Source of the DNA: Mobula hypostoma
Lineage: Eukaryota
Assembly: GCF_963921235.1 (NCBI RefSeq)
Contig: NC_086108.1
Span: 116,686,001 to 116,750,000 of the forward strand
Reading direction: 5' to 3'
Length of the DNA stretch: 64,000 nucleotides
The position numbers and the translations under genes were made by a program. Numbering within the stretch: position 1 is the first letter of the stretch; every line of letters begins with the position of its first letter. Under the pieces are notes generated by a model that saw only the letters and a program-made list of their open reading frames with translations, did no database searches and was not told the origin of the DNA. This document shows positions 37,301 through 52,300 of the stretch, piece by piece.

Positions 37301-40300
37301 AATGGAGGTGGTGGATTGTGTCGAGGGGTTTATGGGTGGGGAAAGGGAGGGGGTGGACAGTGTTGAGGGGTTTATGGGTGGGGAAAGGGAAGGGGTGGAC
37401 AGTGTTGAGGGGTTTATGGGTGGGGAAAGGGAGGGGGTGGACAGTGTTGAGGGGTTTATGGGTGGGGAAAGGGAGGGGGTGGACAGTGTTGAGGGGTTCA
37501 TGGGTGGGGAAAGTGAGGGGGTGGGCAGTTTCGAGGGGTTTATGGGTGGGGAAAGGGAGGGGGTGGACAGTGTCATCGGCTTTATGGGTGGCGAAAGGGA
37601 GGGGGTGGACAGTGTCGAGGGGTTTATGGGTGGGGAAATGGAGGTGGTGGACAGTGTCGAGGCGTTTATGGGTGGGGAAAGGGAATGGGTGGACAGTGTC
37701 GATGGGTTTATGAGTGGGGAAAGGGAGGGGGTGGGCAGTGTTGAGGGGTTTTCGGGTGGGGAAAGGGAGGGCTTGGACTGTGTCGAGGGGTTTATGGGTG
37801 GGGAAAGGTATGTGGTGGACAGTGTTGAGGGGTTTATGGGTGGGGAAAGGGAGGGGGTGGACAGGGTTGAGGGGTTTATGGATACGGAAAGGGAGGGGGT
37901 GGACAGCGTTGAGGGGTTTATGGGTGGGGAAAGGGAGTGGGTGGACAGTTTCGAATGGTTTATGGGTGGGGAAAGGGAGGGTGCGGACGGTTTTGAGGGG
38001 TTTATGGGTGGGGAAAGTGAGGGGGTGGGCAGTGTTGAGGGGTTTATGGGTGAGGAAAGGGACGGAGTTGGCAGTGTTTAGAGGTTTACGCGTGGGAAAG
38101 GGAGCGGGTGGACAGTGTTGAGGGGTTTATGGGTGGGGAAAGGGATGGGTGGACAGAGTCGACGGGTTTATGGGTGAGCAAAGGGAGGGGGTGGGCAGTG
38201 TTGAGGGGTTTATGGGTGGGGAAAGGGAGTGGTGGACTGTGGTGAGGGGTTTAGGGGTGGGGAAAGGAAGGGGGTGGACAGTGTCGAGGAGTTTATGGGT
38301 GGGGAAAGGGAGAGGGTGGAAGGTGTTGAGGGGTTTATGGGTTGGGATAGGCAGGGGGTGGAGAGTGTTGAGGGGTTTATAGGTGGGGAAAGGGAGGGGA
38401 TGGACAGTATTGAGGGGTTGATGGGTGGGGAAAGGGAGGGGGTGTGCAGTGTTGAGAGCTTTATGGGTGGGGAAAGGGAGGGGATGCACAGTGTTGAGGA
38501 GTTTATAGGTGGGGTAAGGGAGGGAGTGGACAGTGTTGAGGGGTTTATGGGTGAGGAAAGGGAGTTGGTGGATAGTGTTGAGGGGTTTATGGGTGGGGAA
38601 AGGGAGGGGGTGGACAGTGTCAAGAGGTTTAAGGGTGGGGAAAGGGAGGGGGTGGACAGTGTTGAGGGGTTTATGGGTGGGGAAATGGAGGGGGTGGACA
38701 GTGTTGAGGGGTTTATGGGTGGGGAAAGGGAGGGGGTGGGCAGTGTTGAGGGGTTTATGGGTGGGGAAAGGGAGGGTCTGGACAGTGTCGAGGGGCTTAG
38801 GAGTGGGAAAGGGAGGGGGTGGACAGTGTCGAGGGGTTTATGGGTGGGGAAATGGAGGTGGTGGATTGTGTCGAGGGGTTTATGGGTGGGGAAAGGGAGG
38901 GGGTGGACAGTGTTGAGGGGTTTATGGGTGGGGAAAGGCAAGGGGTGGACAGTGTTGAGGGGTTTATAGGTGGGGAAAGGGAGGGGGTGGACAGTGTTGA
39001 GGGGTTTTTATGGGTGAGGAAAAGGAGGGTGTGGACAGTGTTGAGGGGTTTGTAGGTGGGGAAAGGGAGGGGGTGGACAGTGCCGAAGGGTTTATTGGTA
39101 GGGAAAGGGAGGGGGTGGACAGTGTCGAGGGGTATATGGGTGGGGAAAGGGAGGGGGTGGACAGTGTTGAGGGATTTATGGGTGGGGAAAGGGAGGGTGT
39201 GGACAGTGTTGAGGGGTATATCGGTGGGGAAAGGGAGGGGTGGACAGTGTCGAGGGGTTTATGGGTGGGGAAAGGGAGGGGGAATGCAGTGTTGAGGGGT
39301 TTATAGGTGGCGAAAGGGAGGTGGTGGACAGTGTCGAGGCGTTTATGGGTGGGTTAAGGGAGGGGGTGGGCAGTGTTTAGGGGTCTATGGGTGGGAAAGG
39401 GAGGGGGTGGACAGTGTCGAGGGGTTTATTTGTGGGGAAAGGGTGGGGATGGGCAGTGTTGAAGGGTATGTGTGGGAAAGGGAGGGGGTGGGCAGTGTTG
39501 AGGGGATTATGGGTGAGGCAAGGGAGGGGGTGGACAGTGTTGAGGGGTTTATGGGTGAGGAAAGGGAGTTGGTGGATAGTGTTGAGGGGTCTATGGGTGG
39601 GAAAGGGAGGGGGTGGACAGTGTCGAGGGGTTTATTTGTGGGGAAAGGGTGGGGGTGGGCAGTGTTGAAGGGTATGTGTGGGAAAGGGAGGGGGGGGGCA
39701 GTGTTGAGGGGATTATGGGTGAGGCAAGGGAGGGGGTGGACAGTGTTGAGGGGTTTATGGATACGGAAAGGGAGGGAGTGGACAGCGTTGAGGGGTTTAT
39801 GGGTGGGGAAAGGAAGTGGGTGGACAGTTTTGAATGGTTTATGGGTGGGGAAAGGGAGGGTGCGGACGGTGTTGAGGGGTTTATGGGTGGGGAAAGTCAG
39901 GGGGTGGGCAGTGTTGAGGGGTTTATGGGTGAGGAAAGGGACAGAGTTGGCAGTGTTTAGAGGTTTACGCGTGGTAAAGGGAGCGGGTGGACAGTGTTGA
40001 GGGGTTTATGTGTGGGGAAAAGGAGGGGGTGGACAGTGTTGAGGGGTTTATGGGTGGGGAAAGGGAGGGGGTGGACAGTGTTGAGGGGTTTATGGGTGGG
40101 GAAAGGGAGGGGGTGGACAGTGTCGAGGGGTTTATGGGTGGGGAAAGGGAGCGGTTGGACAGTGTTGAGGGGTTTATGGGTGGGGAAAGGGAGGGGGTGG
40201 ACTGTGTTGAGGGGTTTATGGGTGGGGAAAGGTAGTGGGTGGGCAGTGTTTAGGGGTTTATGGGTGGGGAAAGGGAGGGTGTGGACACTATTGAGGGGTT

Positions 40301-43300
40301 TATGGGTGGGGAAAGGGAGGGAGTTGGCAGTGTTGAGGGGTTTATGGGTGGGGAGAGAGAGTGGGTGGACTGTGTTGAGGGGTTTATGGGTGGGGAAAGG
40401 GTGGGGGTGGAAAGTATTGAGGGATTTATAGGTGGGTAAAGGGAGGGGGTGCACAGTATTGAGGGGTTTATGGGTGGGGAAAGGGAGGGGGTGTGCAGTG
40501 TTGAGAGCTTTATGGGTGGGGAAAGGGAGGGGATGCACAGTGTTGAGGATATAGGTGGGGAAAGGGAGGGAGTGGACAGTGTTGAGGGGTTTATGGGTCT
40601 GGAAAGGGAGTTGGTGGATAGTGTTGAAGGGTTTATGGGTGGGGAAAGGGAGGGGGTGGACAGTGTCAAGCGGTTTAAGGGTGGGGAAAGGGAGGGGTTG
40701 GACAGTGTTGAGGGGTTTATGGGTGGGGAAAGGGAGGGGGAGACAGTGTCGAGGGGTTTATGGGTGGGGAAAGGGAGGGGGTGGACAGTGTTGAGGGGTT
40801 TATGGCTGGGGAAATGGACGGGGTGGACAGTGTTGAGGGGTTTATGGGTGGGGAAAGGGAGGGGGTGGGCAGTGCTGAGGGGTTTATGGGTGGGGAAAGG
40901 GAGGGTCTGGACAGTGTCGAGGGGCTTAGGAGTGGGAAAGGGAGCGGGTGGACAGTGTTGAGGAGGTTATGCGTGGGGAAAGGGAGGGGGTGTGCAGTGT
41001 TGAGAGCTTTATGGGTGGGGAAAGGGAGGGGATGCACAGTGCTGAGGAATTTATAGGTGGGGAAAGGGAGGGAGTGGACAGTGTTGAGGGGTTTATGGGT
41101 GGGGAAAGGGAGGGGGTGGTCTGTGTTGAGGGGTTTATGGGTGGGGAAAGGGAGGGGGTGGACAGTGTCGAGGGGTTTATGGGTGGGGAAAGGGAGGGGG
41201 TGGACAATGTCAAGCGGTTTAAGGGTGGGGAAAGGGAGGGGGTGGACAGTGTCGAGGGGTTTATTTGTGGGGAAAGGGTGGGGGTGGGCAGTGTTGAAGG
41301 GTATGTGTGGGAAAGGGAGGGGGTGGGCAGTGTTGAGGGGATTATGGGTGAGGCAAGGGAGGGGGTGGACAGTGTTGAGGGGTTTATGGATACGGAAAGG
41401 GAGGGAGTGGACAGCGTTGAGGGGTTTATGGGTGGGGAAAGGAAGTGGGTGGACAGTTTCGAATGGTTTATGGGTGGGGAAAGGGAGGGTGCGGACGGTG
41501 TTGAGGGGTTTATGGGTGGGGAAAGTCAGGGGGTGGACAGTGTTGAGGGGTTTATGGATACGGAAAGGGAGGGAGTGGACAGCGTTGAGGGGTTTATGGG
41601 TGGGGAAAGGAAGTGGGTGGACAGTTTCGAATGGTTTATGGGTGGGGAAAGGGAGGGTGCGGACGGTGTTGAGGGGTTTATGGGTGGGGAAAGTCAGGGG
41701 GTGGGCAGTGTTGAGGGGTTTATGGGTGAGGAAAGGGACAGAGTTGGCAGTGTTTAGAGGTTTACGCGTGGTAAAGGGAGCGGGTGGACAGTGTTGAGGG
41801 GTTTATGGGTGGGGAAAGGGAGGGGGTGGACAGTGTTGAGGGGTTTATGGGTGGGGAAAGGGAGGGGGTGGACAGTGTCGAGGGGTTTATGGGTGGGGAA
41901 AGGGAGCGGTTGGACAGTGTTGAGGGGTTTATGGGTGGGGAAAGGGAGGGGGTGGACTGTGTTGAGGGGTTTATGGGTGGGGAAAGGTAGTGGGTGGGCA
42001 GTGTTTAGGGGTTTATGGGTGGGGAAAGGGAGGGTGTGGACACTATTGAGGGGTTTATGGGTGGGGAAAGGGAGGGAGTTGGCAGTGTTGAGGGGTTTAT
42101 GGGTGGGGAGAGAGAGTGGGTGGACTGTGTTGTGGGGTTTTTGGGTGGGGAAAGGGTGGGGGTGGAAAGTATTGAGGGATTTATAGGTGGGTAAAGGGAG
42201 GGGGTGCACAGTATTGAGGGGTTTATGGGTGGGGAAAGGGAGGGGGTGGACAGTGTCGAGGGGTTTATGGGTGGGGAAAGGGAGCGGTTGGACAGTGTTG
42301 AGGGGTTTATGGGTGGGGAAAGGGAGGGGGTGGACTGTGTTGAGGGGTTTATGGGTGGGGAAAGGTAGTGGGTGGGCAGTGTTTAGGGGTTTATGGGTGG
42401 GGAAAGGGAGGGTGTGGACACTATTGAGGGGTTTATGGGTGGGGAAAGGGAGGGAGTTGGCAGTGTTGAGGGGTTTATGGGTGGGGAGAGAGAGTGGGTG
42501 GACTGTGTTGAGGGGTTTATGGGTGGGGAAAGGGTGGGGGTGGAAAGTATTGAGGGATTTATAGGTGGGTAAAGGGAGGGGGTGCACAGTATTGAGGGGT
42601 TTATGGGTGGGGAAAGGGAGGGGGTGTGCAGTGTTGAGAGCTTTATGGGTGGGGAAAGGGAGGGGATGCACAGTGTTGAGGATATAGGTGGGGAAAGGGA
42701 GGGAGTGGACAGTGTTGAGGGGTTTATGGGTCTGGAAAGGGAGTTGGTGGATAGTGTTGAAGGGTTTATGGGTGGGGAAAGGGAGGGGGTGGACAGTGTC
42801 AAGCGGTTTAAGGGTGGGGAAAGGGAGGGGTTGGACAGTGTTGAGGGGTTTATGGGTGGGGAAAGGGAGGGGGAGACAGTGTCGAGGGGTTTATGGGTGG
42901 GGAAAGGGAGGGGGTGGACAGTGTTGAGGGGTTTATGGCTGGGGAAATGGAGGGGGTGGACAGTGTTGAGGGGTTTATGGGTGGGGAAAGGGAGGGGGTG
43001 GGCAGTGCTGAGGGGTTTATGGGTGGGGAAAGGGAGGGTCTGGACAGTGTCGAGGGGCTTAGGAGTGGGAAAGGGAGCGGGTGGACAGTGTTGAGGAGGT
43101 TATGCGTGGGGAAAGGGAGGGGGTGTGCAGTGTTGAGAGCTTTATGGGTGGGGAAAGGGAGGGGATGCACAGTGCTGAGGAATTTATAGGTGGGGAAAGG
43201 GAGGGAGTGGACAGTGTTGAGGGGTTTATGGGTGGGGAAAGGGAGGGGGTGGTCTGTGTTGAGGGGTTTATGGGTGGGGAAAGGGAGGGGGTGGACAGTG

Positions 43301-46300
43301 TCGAGGGGTTTATGGGTGGGGAAAGGGAGGGGGTGGTCAATGTCAAGCGGTTTAAGGGTGGGGAAAGGGAGGGGGTGGACAGTGTCGAGGGGTTTTTGGG
43401 TGGGGAAATGGAGGTGGTGGATTGTGTCGAGGGGTTTATGGGTGGGGAAAGGGAGGGGGTGGACAGTGTTGAGGGGTTTATGGGTGGGGAAAGGGAAGGG
43501 GTGGACAGTGTTGAGGGGTTTATGGGTGGGGAAAGGGAGGGGGTGGACAGTGTTGAGGGGTTTATGGGTGGGGAAAGGGAGGGGGTGGACAGTGTTGAGG
43601 GGTTCATGGGTGGGGAAAGTGAGGGGGTGGGCAGTTTCGAGGGGTTTATGGGTGGGGAAAGGGAGGGGATGGACAGTGTCATCGGCTTTATGGGTGGCGA
43701 AAGGGAGGGGGTGGACAGTGTCGAGGGGTTTATGGGTGGGGAAATGGAGGTGGTGGACAGTGTCGAGGCGTTTATGGGTGGGGAAAGGGAATGGGTGGAC
43801 AGTGTCGATGGGTTTATGAGTGGGGAAAGGGAGGGGGTGGGCAGTGTTGAGGGGTTTTCGGGTGGGGAAAGGGAGGGCTTGGACTGTGTCGAGGGGTTTA
43901 TGGGTGGGGAAAGGTATGTGGTGGACAGTGTTGAGGGGTTTATGGGTGGGGAAAGGGAGGGGGTGGACAGTGTTGAGGGGTTTATGGCTGGGGAAATGGA
44001 GGGGGTGGACAGTGTTGAGGGGTTTATGGGTGGGGAAAGGGAGGGGGTGGGCAGTGGGGAGGGGTTTATGGGTGGGGAAAGGGAGGGTCTGGACAGTGTC
44101 GAGGGGCTTAGGAGTGGGAAAGGGAGCGGGTGGACAGTGTTGAGGAGGTTATGCGTGGGGAAAGGGAGGGGGTGTGCAGTGTTGAGAGCTTTATGGGTGG
44201 GGAAAGGGAGGGGATGCACAGTGCTGAGGAATTTATAGGTGGGGAAAGGGAGGGAGTGGACAGTGTTGAGGGGTTTATGGGTGGGGAAAGGGAGGGGGTG
44301 GTCTGTGTTGAGGGGTTTATGGGTGGGGAAAGGGAGGGGGTGGACAGTGTCGAGGGGTTTATGGGTGGGGAAAGGGAGGGGGTGGTCAATGTCAAGCGGT
44401 TTAAGGGTGGGGAAAGGGAGGGGGTGGACAGTGTCGAGGGGTTTTTGGGTGGGGAAATGGAGGTGGTGGATTGTGTCGAGGGGTTTATGGGTGGGGAAAG
44501 GGAGGGGGTGGACAGTGTTGAGGGGTTTATGGGTGGGGAAAGGGAAGGGGTGGACAGTGTTGAGGGGTTTATGGGTGGGGAAAGGGAGGGGGTGGACAGT
44601 GTTGAGGGGTTTATGGGTGGGGAAAGGGAGGGGGTGGACAGTGTTGAGGGGTTCATGGGTGGGGAAAGTGAGGGGGTGGGCAGTTTCGAGGGGTTTATGG
44701 GTGGGGAAAGGGAGGGGGTGGACAGTGTCATCGGCTTTATGGGTGGCGAAAGGGAGGGGGTGGACAGTGTCGAGGGGTTTATGGGTGGGGAAATGGAGGT
44801 GGTGGACAGTGTCGAGGCGTTTATGGGTGGGGAAAGGGAATGGGTGGACAGTGTCGATGGGTTTATGAGTGGGGAAAGGGAGGGGGTGGGCAGTGTTGAG
44901 GGGTTTTCGGGTGGGGAAAGGGAGGGCTTGGACTGTGTCGAGGGGTTTATGGGTGGGGAAAGGTATGTGGTGGACAGTGTTGAGGGGTTTATGGGTGGGG
45001 AAAGGGAGGGGGTGGACAGGGTTGAGGGGTTTATGGATACGGAAAGGGAGGGGGTGGACAGCGTTGAGGGGTTTATGGGTGGGGAAAGGGAGTGGGTGGA
45101 CAGTTTCGAATGGTTTATGGGTGGGGAAAGGGAGGGTGCGGACGGTTTTGAGGGGTTTATGGGTGGGGAAAGTGAGGGGGTGGGCAGTGTTGAGGGGTTT
45201 ATGGGTGAGGAAAGGGACGGAGTTGGCAGTGTTTAGAGGTTTACGCGTGGGAAAGGGAGCGGGTGGACAGTGTTGAGGGGTTTATGGGTGGGGAAAGGGA
45301 TGGGTGGACAGAGTCGACGGGTTTATGGGTGAGCAAAGGGAGGGGGTGGGCAGTGTTGAGGGGTTTATGGGTGGGGAAAGGGAGTGGTGGACTGTGGTGA
45401 GGGGTTTAGGGGTGGGGAAAGGAAGGGGGTGGACAGTGTCGAGGAGTTTATGGGTGGGGAAAGGGAGAGGGTGGAAGGTGTTGAGGGGTTTATGGGTTGG
45501 GATAGGGAGGGGGTGGAGAGTGTTGAGGGGTTTATAGGTGGGGAAAGGGAGGGGATGGACAGTATTGAGGGGTTGATGGGTGGGGAAAGGGAGGGGGTGT
45601 GCAGTGTTGAGAGCTTTATGGGTGGGGAAAGGGAGGGGATGCACAGTGTTGAGGAGTTTATAGGTGGGGTAAGGGAGGGAGTGGACAGTGTTGGGGGGTT
45701 TATGGGTGAGGAAAGGGAGTTGGTGGATAGTGTTGAGGGGTTTATGGGTGGGGAAAGGGAGGGGGTGGACAGTGTCAAGAGGTTTAAGGGTGGGGAAAGG
45801 GAGGGGGTGGACAGTGTTGAGGGGTTTATGGGTGGGGAAATGGAGGGGGTGGACAGTGTTGAGGGGTTTATGGGTGGGGAAAGGGAGGGGGTGGGCAGTG
45901 TTGAGGGGTTTATGGGTGGGGAAAGGGAGGGTCTGGACAGTGTCGAGGGGCTTAGGAGTGGGAAAGGGAGGGGGTGGACAGTGTCGAGGGGTTTATGGGT
46001 GGGGAAATGGAGGTGGTGGATTGTGTCGAGGGGTTTATGGGTGGGGAAAGGGAGGGGGTGGACAGTGTTGTGGGGTTTATGGGTGGGGAAAGGCAAGGGG
46101 TGGACAGTGTTGAGGGGTTTATAGGTGGGGAAAGGGAGGGGGTGGACAGTGTTGAGGGGTTTTTATGGGTGAGGAAAAGGAGGGTGTGGACAGTGTTGAG
46201 GGGTTTGTAGGTGGGGAAAGGGAGGGGGTGGACAGTGCCGAAGGGTTTATTGGTAGGGAAAGGGAGGGGGTGGACAGTGTCGAGGGGTATATGGGTGGGG

Positions 46301-49300
46301 AAAGGGAGGGGGTGGACAGTGTTGAGGGATTTATGGGTGGGGAAAGGGAGGGTGTGGACAGTGTTGAGGGGTATATCGGTGGGGAAAGGGAGGGGTGGAC
46401 AGTGTCGAGGGGTTTATGGGTGGGGAAAGGGAGGGGGAATGCAGTGTTGAGGGGTTTATAGGTGGCGAAAGGGAGGTGGTGGACAGTGTCGAGGCGTTTA
46501 TGGGTGGGTTAAGGGAGGGGGTGGGCAGTGTTTAGGGGTCTATGGGTGGGAAAGGGAGGGGGTGGACAGTGTCGAGGGGTTTATTTGTGGGGAAAGGGTG
46601 GGGATGGGCAGTGTTGAAGGGTATGTGTGGGAAAGGGAGGGGGTGGGCAGTGTTGAGGGGATTATGGGTGAGGCAAGGGAGGGGGTGGACAGTGTTGAGG
46701 GGTTTATGGATACGGAAAGGGAGGGAGTGGACAGCGTTGAGGGGTTTATGGGTGGGGAAAGGAAGTGGGTGGACAGTTTTGAATGGTTTATGGGTGGGGA
46801 AAGGGAGGGTGCGGACGGTGTTGAGGGGTTTATGGGTGGGGAAAGTCAGGGGGTGGGCAGTGTTGAGGGGTTTATGGGTGAGGAAAGGGACAGAGTTGGC
46901 AGTGTTTAGAGGTTTACGCGTGGTAAAGGGAGCGGGTGGACAGTGTTGAGGGGTTTATGTGTGGGGAAAAGGAGGGGGTGGACAGTGTTGAGGGGTTTAT
47001 GGGTGGGGAAAGGGAGGGGGTGGACAGTGTTGAGGGGTTTATGGGTGGGGAAAGGGAGGGGGTGGACAGTGTCGAGGGGTTTATGGGTGGGGAAAGGGAG
47101 CGGTTGGACAGTGTTGAGGGGTTTATGGGTGGGGAAAGGGAGGGGGTGGACTGTGTTGAGGGGTTTATGGGTGGGGAAAGGTAGTGGGTGGGCAGTGTTT
47201 AGGGGTTTATGGGTGGGGAAAGGGAGGGTGTGGACACTATTGAGGGGTTTATGGGTGGGGAAAGGGAGGGAGTTGGCAGTGTTGAGGGGTTTATGGGTGG
47301 GGAGAGAGAGTGGGTGGACTGTGTTGAGGGGTTTATGGGTGGGGAAAGGGTGGGGGTGGAAAGTATTGAGGGATTTATAGGTGGGTAAAGGGAGGGGGTG
47401 CACAGTATTGAGGGGTTTATGGGTGGGGAAAGGGAGGGGGTGTGCAGTGTTGAGAGCTTTATGGGTGGGGAAAGGGAGGGGATGCACAGTGTTGAGGATA
47501 TAGGTGGGGAAAGGGAGGGAGTGGACAGTGTTGAGGGGTTTATGGGTCTGGAAAGGGAGTTGGTGGATAGTGTTGAAGGGTTTATGGGTGGGGAAAGGGA
47601 GGGGGTGGACAGTGTCAAGCGGTTTAAGGGTGGGGAAAGGGAGGGGTTGGACAGTGTTGAGGGGTTTATGGGTGGGGAAAGGGAGGGGGAGACAGTGTCG
47701 AGGGGTTTATGGGTGGGGAAAGGGAGGGGGTGGACAGTGTTGAGGGGTTTATGGCTGGGGAAATGGACGGGGTGGACAGTGTTGAGGGGTTTATGGGTGG
47801 GGAAAGGGAGGGGGTGGGCAGTGCTGAGGGGTTTATGGGTGGGGAAAGGGAGGGTCTGGACAGTGTCGAGGGGCTTAGGAGTGGGAAAGGGAGCGGGTGG
47901 ACAGTGTTGAGGAGGTTATGCGTGGGGAAAGGGAGGGGGTGTGCAGTGTTGAGAGCTTTATGGGTGGGGAAAGGGAGGGGATGCACAGTGCTGAGGAATT
48001 TATAGGTGGGGAAAGGGAGGGAGTGGACAGTGTTGAGGGGTTTATGGGTGGGGAAAGGGAGGGGGTGGACAGTGTTGAGGGGTTTATGGGTGGGGAAAGG
48101 GAGGGGGTGGACAGTGTCGAGGGGTTTATGGGTGGGGAAAGGGAGGGGGTGGACAATGTCAAGCGGTTTAAGGGTGGGGAAAGGGAGGGGGTGGACAGTG
48201 TCGAGGGGTTTATTTGTGGGGAAAGGGTGGGGGTGGGCAGTGTTGAAGGGTATGTGTGGGAAAGGGAGGGGGTGGGCAGTGTTGAGGGGATTATGGGTGA
48301 GGCAAGGGAGGGGGTGGACAGTGTTGAGGGGTTTTCGGGTGGGGAAAGGGAGGGCTTGGACTGTGTCGAGGGGTTTATGGGTGGGGAAAGGTATGTGGTG
48401 GACAGTGTTGAGGGGTTTATGGGTGGGGAAAGGGAGGGGGTGGACAGGGTTGAGGGGTTTATGGATACGGAAAGGGAGGGGGTGGACAGCGTTGAGGGGT
48501 TTATGGGTGGGGAAAGGGAGTGGGTGGACAGTTTCGAATGGTTTATGGGTGGGGAAAGGGAGGGTGCGGACGGTTTTGAGGGGTTTATGGGTGGGGAAAG
48601 TGAGGGGGTGGGCAGTGTTGAGGGGTTTATGGGTGAGGAAAGGGACGGAGTTGGCAGTGTTTAGAGGTTTACGCGTGGGAAAGGGAGCGGGTGGACAGTG
48701 TTGAGGGGTTTATGGGTGGGGAAAGGGATGGGTGGACAGAGTCGACGGGTTTATGGGTGAGCAAAGGGAGGGGGTGGGCAGTGTTGAGGGGTTTATGGGT
48801 GGGGAAAGGGAGTGGTGGACTGTGGTGAGGGGTTTAGGGGTGGGGAAAGGTAGGGGGTGGACAGTGTCGAGGAGTTTATGGGTGGGGAAAGGGAGAGGGT
48901 GGAAGGTGTTGAGGGGTTTATGGGTTGGGATAGGGAGGGGGTGGAGAGTGTTGAGGGGTTTATAGGTGGGGAAAGGGAGGGGATGGACAGTATTGAGGGG
49001 TTGATGGGTGGGGAAAGGGAGGGGGTGTGCAGTGTTGAGAGCTTTATGGGTGGGGAAAGGGAGGGGATGCACAGTGTTGAGGAGTTTATAGGTGGGGTAA
49101 GGGAGGGAGTGGACAGTGTTGAGGGGTTTATGGGTGAGGAAAGGGAGTTGGTGGATAGTGTTGAGGGGTTTATGGGTGGGGAAAGGGAGGGGGTGGACAG
49201 TGTCAAGAGGTTTAAGGGTGGGGAAAGGGAGGGGGTGGACAGTGTTGAGGGGTTTATGGGTGGGGAAATGGAGGGGGTGGACAGTGTTGAGGGGTTTATG

Positions 49301-52300
49301 GGTGGGGAAAGGGAGGGGGTGGGCAGTGTTGAGGGGTTTATGGGTGGGGAAAGGGAGGGTCTGGACAGTGTCGAGGGGCTTAGGAGTGGGAAAGGGAGGG
49401 GGTGGGACAGTGTCGAGGGGTTTATGGGTGGGGAAATGGAGGTGGTGGATTGTGTCGAGGGGTTTATGGGTGGGGAAAGGGAGGGGGTGGACAGTGTTGA
49501 GGGGTTTATGGGTGGGGAAAGGCAAGGGGTGGACAGTGTTGAGGGGTTTATAGGTGGGGAAAGGGAGGGGGTGGACAGTGTTGAGGGGTTTTTATGGGTG
49601 AGGAAAAGGAGGGTGTGGACAGTGTTGAGGGGTTTGTAGGTGGGGAAAGGGAGGGGGTGGACAGTGCCGAAGGGTTTATTGGTAGGGAAAGGGAGGGGGT
49701 GGACAGTGTCGAGGGGTATATGGGTGGGGAAAGGGAGGGGGTGGACAGTGTTGAGGGATTTATGGGTGGGGAAAGGGAGGGTGTGGACAGTGTTGAGGGG
49801 TATATCGGTGGGGAAAGGGAGGGGTGGACAGTGTCGAGGGGTTTATGGGTGGGGAAAGGGAGGGGGAATGCAGTGTTGAGGGGTTTATAGGTGGCGAAAG
49901 GGAGGTGGTGGACAGTGTCGAGGCGTTTATGGGTGGGTTAAGGGAGGGGGTGGGCAGTGTTTAGGGGTCTATGGGTGGGAAAGGGAGGGGGTGGACAGTG
50001 TCGAGGGGTTTATTTGTGGGGAAAGGGTGGGGATGGGCAGTGTTGAAGGGTATGTGTGGGAAAGGGAGGGGGTGGGCAGTGTTGAGGGGATTATGGGTGA
50101 GGCAAGGGAGGGGGTGGACAGTGTTGAGGGGTTTATGGATACGGAAAGGGAGGGAGTGGACAGCGTTGAGGGGTTTATGGGTGGGGAAAGGAAGTGGGTG
50201 GACAGTTTTGAATGGTTTATGGGTGGGGAAAGGGAGGGTGCGGACGGTGTTGAGGGGTTTATGGGTGGGGAAAGTCAGGGGGTGGGCAGTGTTGAGGGGT
50301 TTATGGGTGAGGAAAGGGACAGAGTTGGCAGTGTTTAGAGGTTTACGCGTGGTAAAGGGAGCGGGTGGACAGTGTTGAGGGGTTTATGTGTGGGGAAAAG
50401 GAGGGGGTGGACAGTGTTGAGGGGTTTATGGGTGGGGAAAGGGAGGGGGTGGACAGTGTTGAGGGGTTTATGGGTGGGGAAAGGGAGGGGGTGGACAGTG
50501 TCGAGGGGTTTATGGGTGGGGAAAGGGAGCGGTTGGACAGTGTTGAGGGGTTTATGGGTGGGGAAAGGGAGGGGGTGGACTGTGTTGAGGGGTTTATGGG
50601 TGGGGAAAGGTAGTGGGTGGGCAGTGTTTAGGGGTTTATGGGTGGGGAAAGGGAGGGTGTGGACACTATTGAGGGGTTTATGGGTGGGGAAAGGGAGGGA
50701 GTTGGCAGTGTTGAGGGGTTTATGGGTGGGGAGAGAGAGTGGGTGGACTGTGTTGAGGGGTTTATGGGTGGGGAAAGGGTGGGGGTGGAAAGTATTGAGG
50801 GATTTATAGGTGGGTAAAGGGAGGGGGTGCACAGTATTGAGGGGTTTATGGGTGGGGAAAGGGAGGGGGTGTGCAGTGTTGAGAGCTTTATGGGTGGGGA
50901 AAGGGAGGGGATGCACAGTGTTGAGGATATAGGTGGGGAAAGGGAGGGAGTGGACAGTGTTGAGGGGTTTATGGGTCTGGAAAGGGAGTTGGTGGATAGT
51001 GTTGAAGGGTTTATGGGTGGGGAAAGGGAGGGGGTGGACAGTGTCAAGCGGTTTAAGGGTGGGGAAAGGGAGGGGTTGGACAGTGTTGAGGGGTTTATGG
51101 GTGGGGAAAGGGAGGGGGAGACAGTGTCGAGGGGTTTATGGGTGGGGAAAGGGAGGGGGTGGACAGTGTTGAGGGGTTTATGGCTGGGGAAATGGACGGG
51201 GTGGACAGTGTTGAGGGGTTTATGGGTGGGGAAAGGGAGGGGGTGGGCAGTGCTGAGGGGTTTATGGGTGGGGAAAGGGAGGGTCTGGACAGTGTCGAGG
51301 GGCTTAGGAGTGGGAAAGGGAGCGGGTGGACAGTGTTGAGGAGGTTATGCGTGGGGAAAGGGAGGGGGTGTGCAGTGTTGAGAGCTTTATGGGTGGGGAA
51401 AGGGAGGGGATGCACAGTGCTGAGGAATTTATAGGTGGGGAAAGGGAGGGAGTGGACAGTGTTGAGGGGTTTATGGGTGGGGAAAGGGAGGGGGTGGTCT
51501 GTGTTGAGGGGTTTATGGGTGGGGAAAGGGAGGGGGTGGACAGTGTCGAGGGGTTTATGGGTGGGGAAAGGGAGGGGGTGGACAATGTCAAGCGGTTTAA
51601 GGGTGGGGAAAGGGAGGGGGTGGACAGTGTCGAGGGGTTTATTTGTGGGGAAAGGGTGGGGGTGGGCAGTGTTGAAGGGTATGTGTGGGAAAGGGAGGGG
51701 GTGGGCAGTGTTGAGGGGATTATGGGTGAGGCAAGGGAGGGGGTGGACAGTGTTGAGGGGTTTATGGATACGGAAAGGGAGGGAGTGGACAGCGTTGAGG
51801 GGTTTATGGGTGGGGAAAGGAAGTGGGTGGATAGTTTCGAATGGTTTATGGGTGGGGAAAGGGAGGGTGCGGACGGTGTTGAGGGGTTTATGGGTGGGGA
51901 AAGTCAGGGGGTGGGCAGTGTTGAGGGGTTTATGGGTGAGGAAAGGGACAGAGTTGGCAGTGTTTAGAGGTTTACGCGTGGTAAAGGGAGCGGGTGGACA
52001 GTGTTGAGGGGTTTATGTGTGGGGAAAAGGAGGGGGTGGACAGTGTTGAGGGGTTTATGGGTGGGGAAAGGGAGGGGGTGGACAGTGTTGAGGGGTTTAT
52101 GGGTGGGGAAAGGGAGGGGGTGGACAGTGTCGAGGGGTTTATGGGTGGGGAAAGGGAGCGGTTGGACAGTGTTGAGGGGTTTATGGGTGGGGAAAGGGAG
52201 GGGGTGGACTGTGTTGAGGGGTTTATGGGTGGGGAAAGGTAGTGGGTGGGTAGTGTTTAGGGGTTTATGGGTGGGGAAAGGGAGGGTGTGGACACTATTG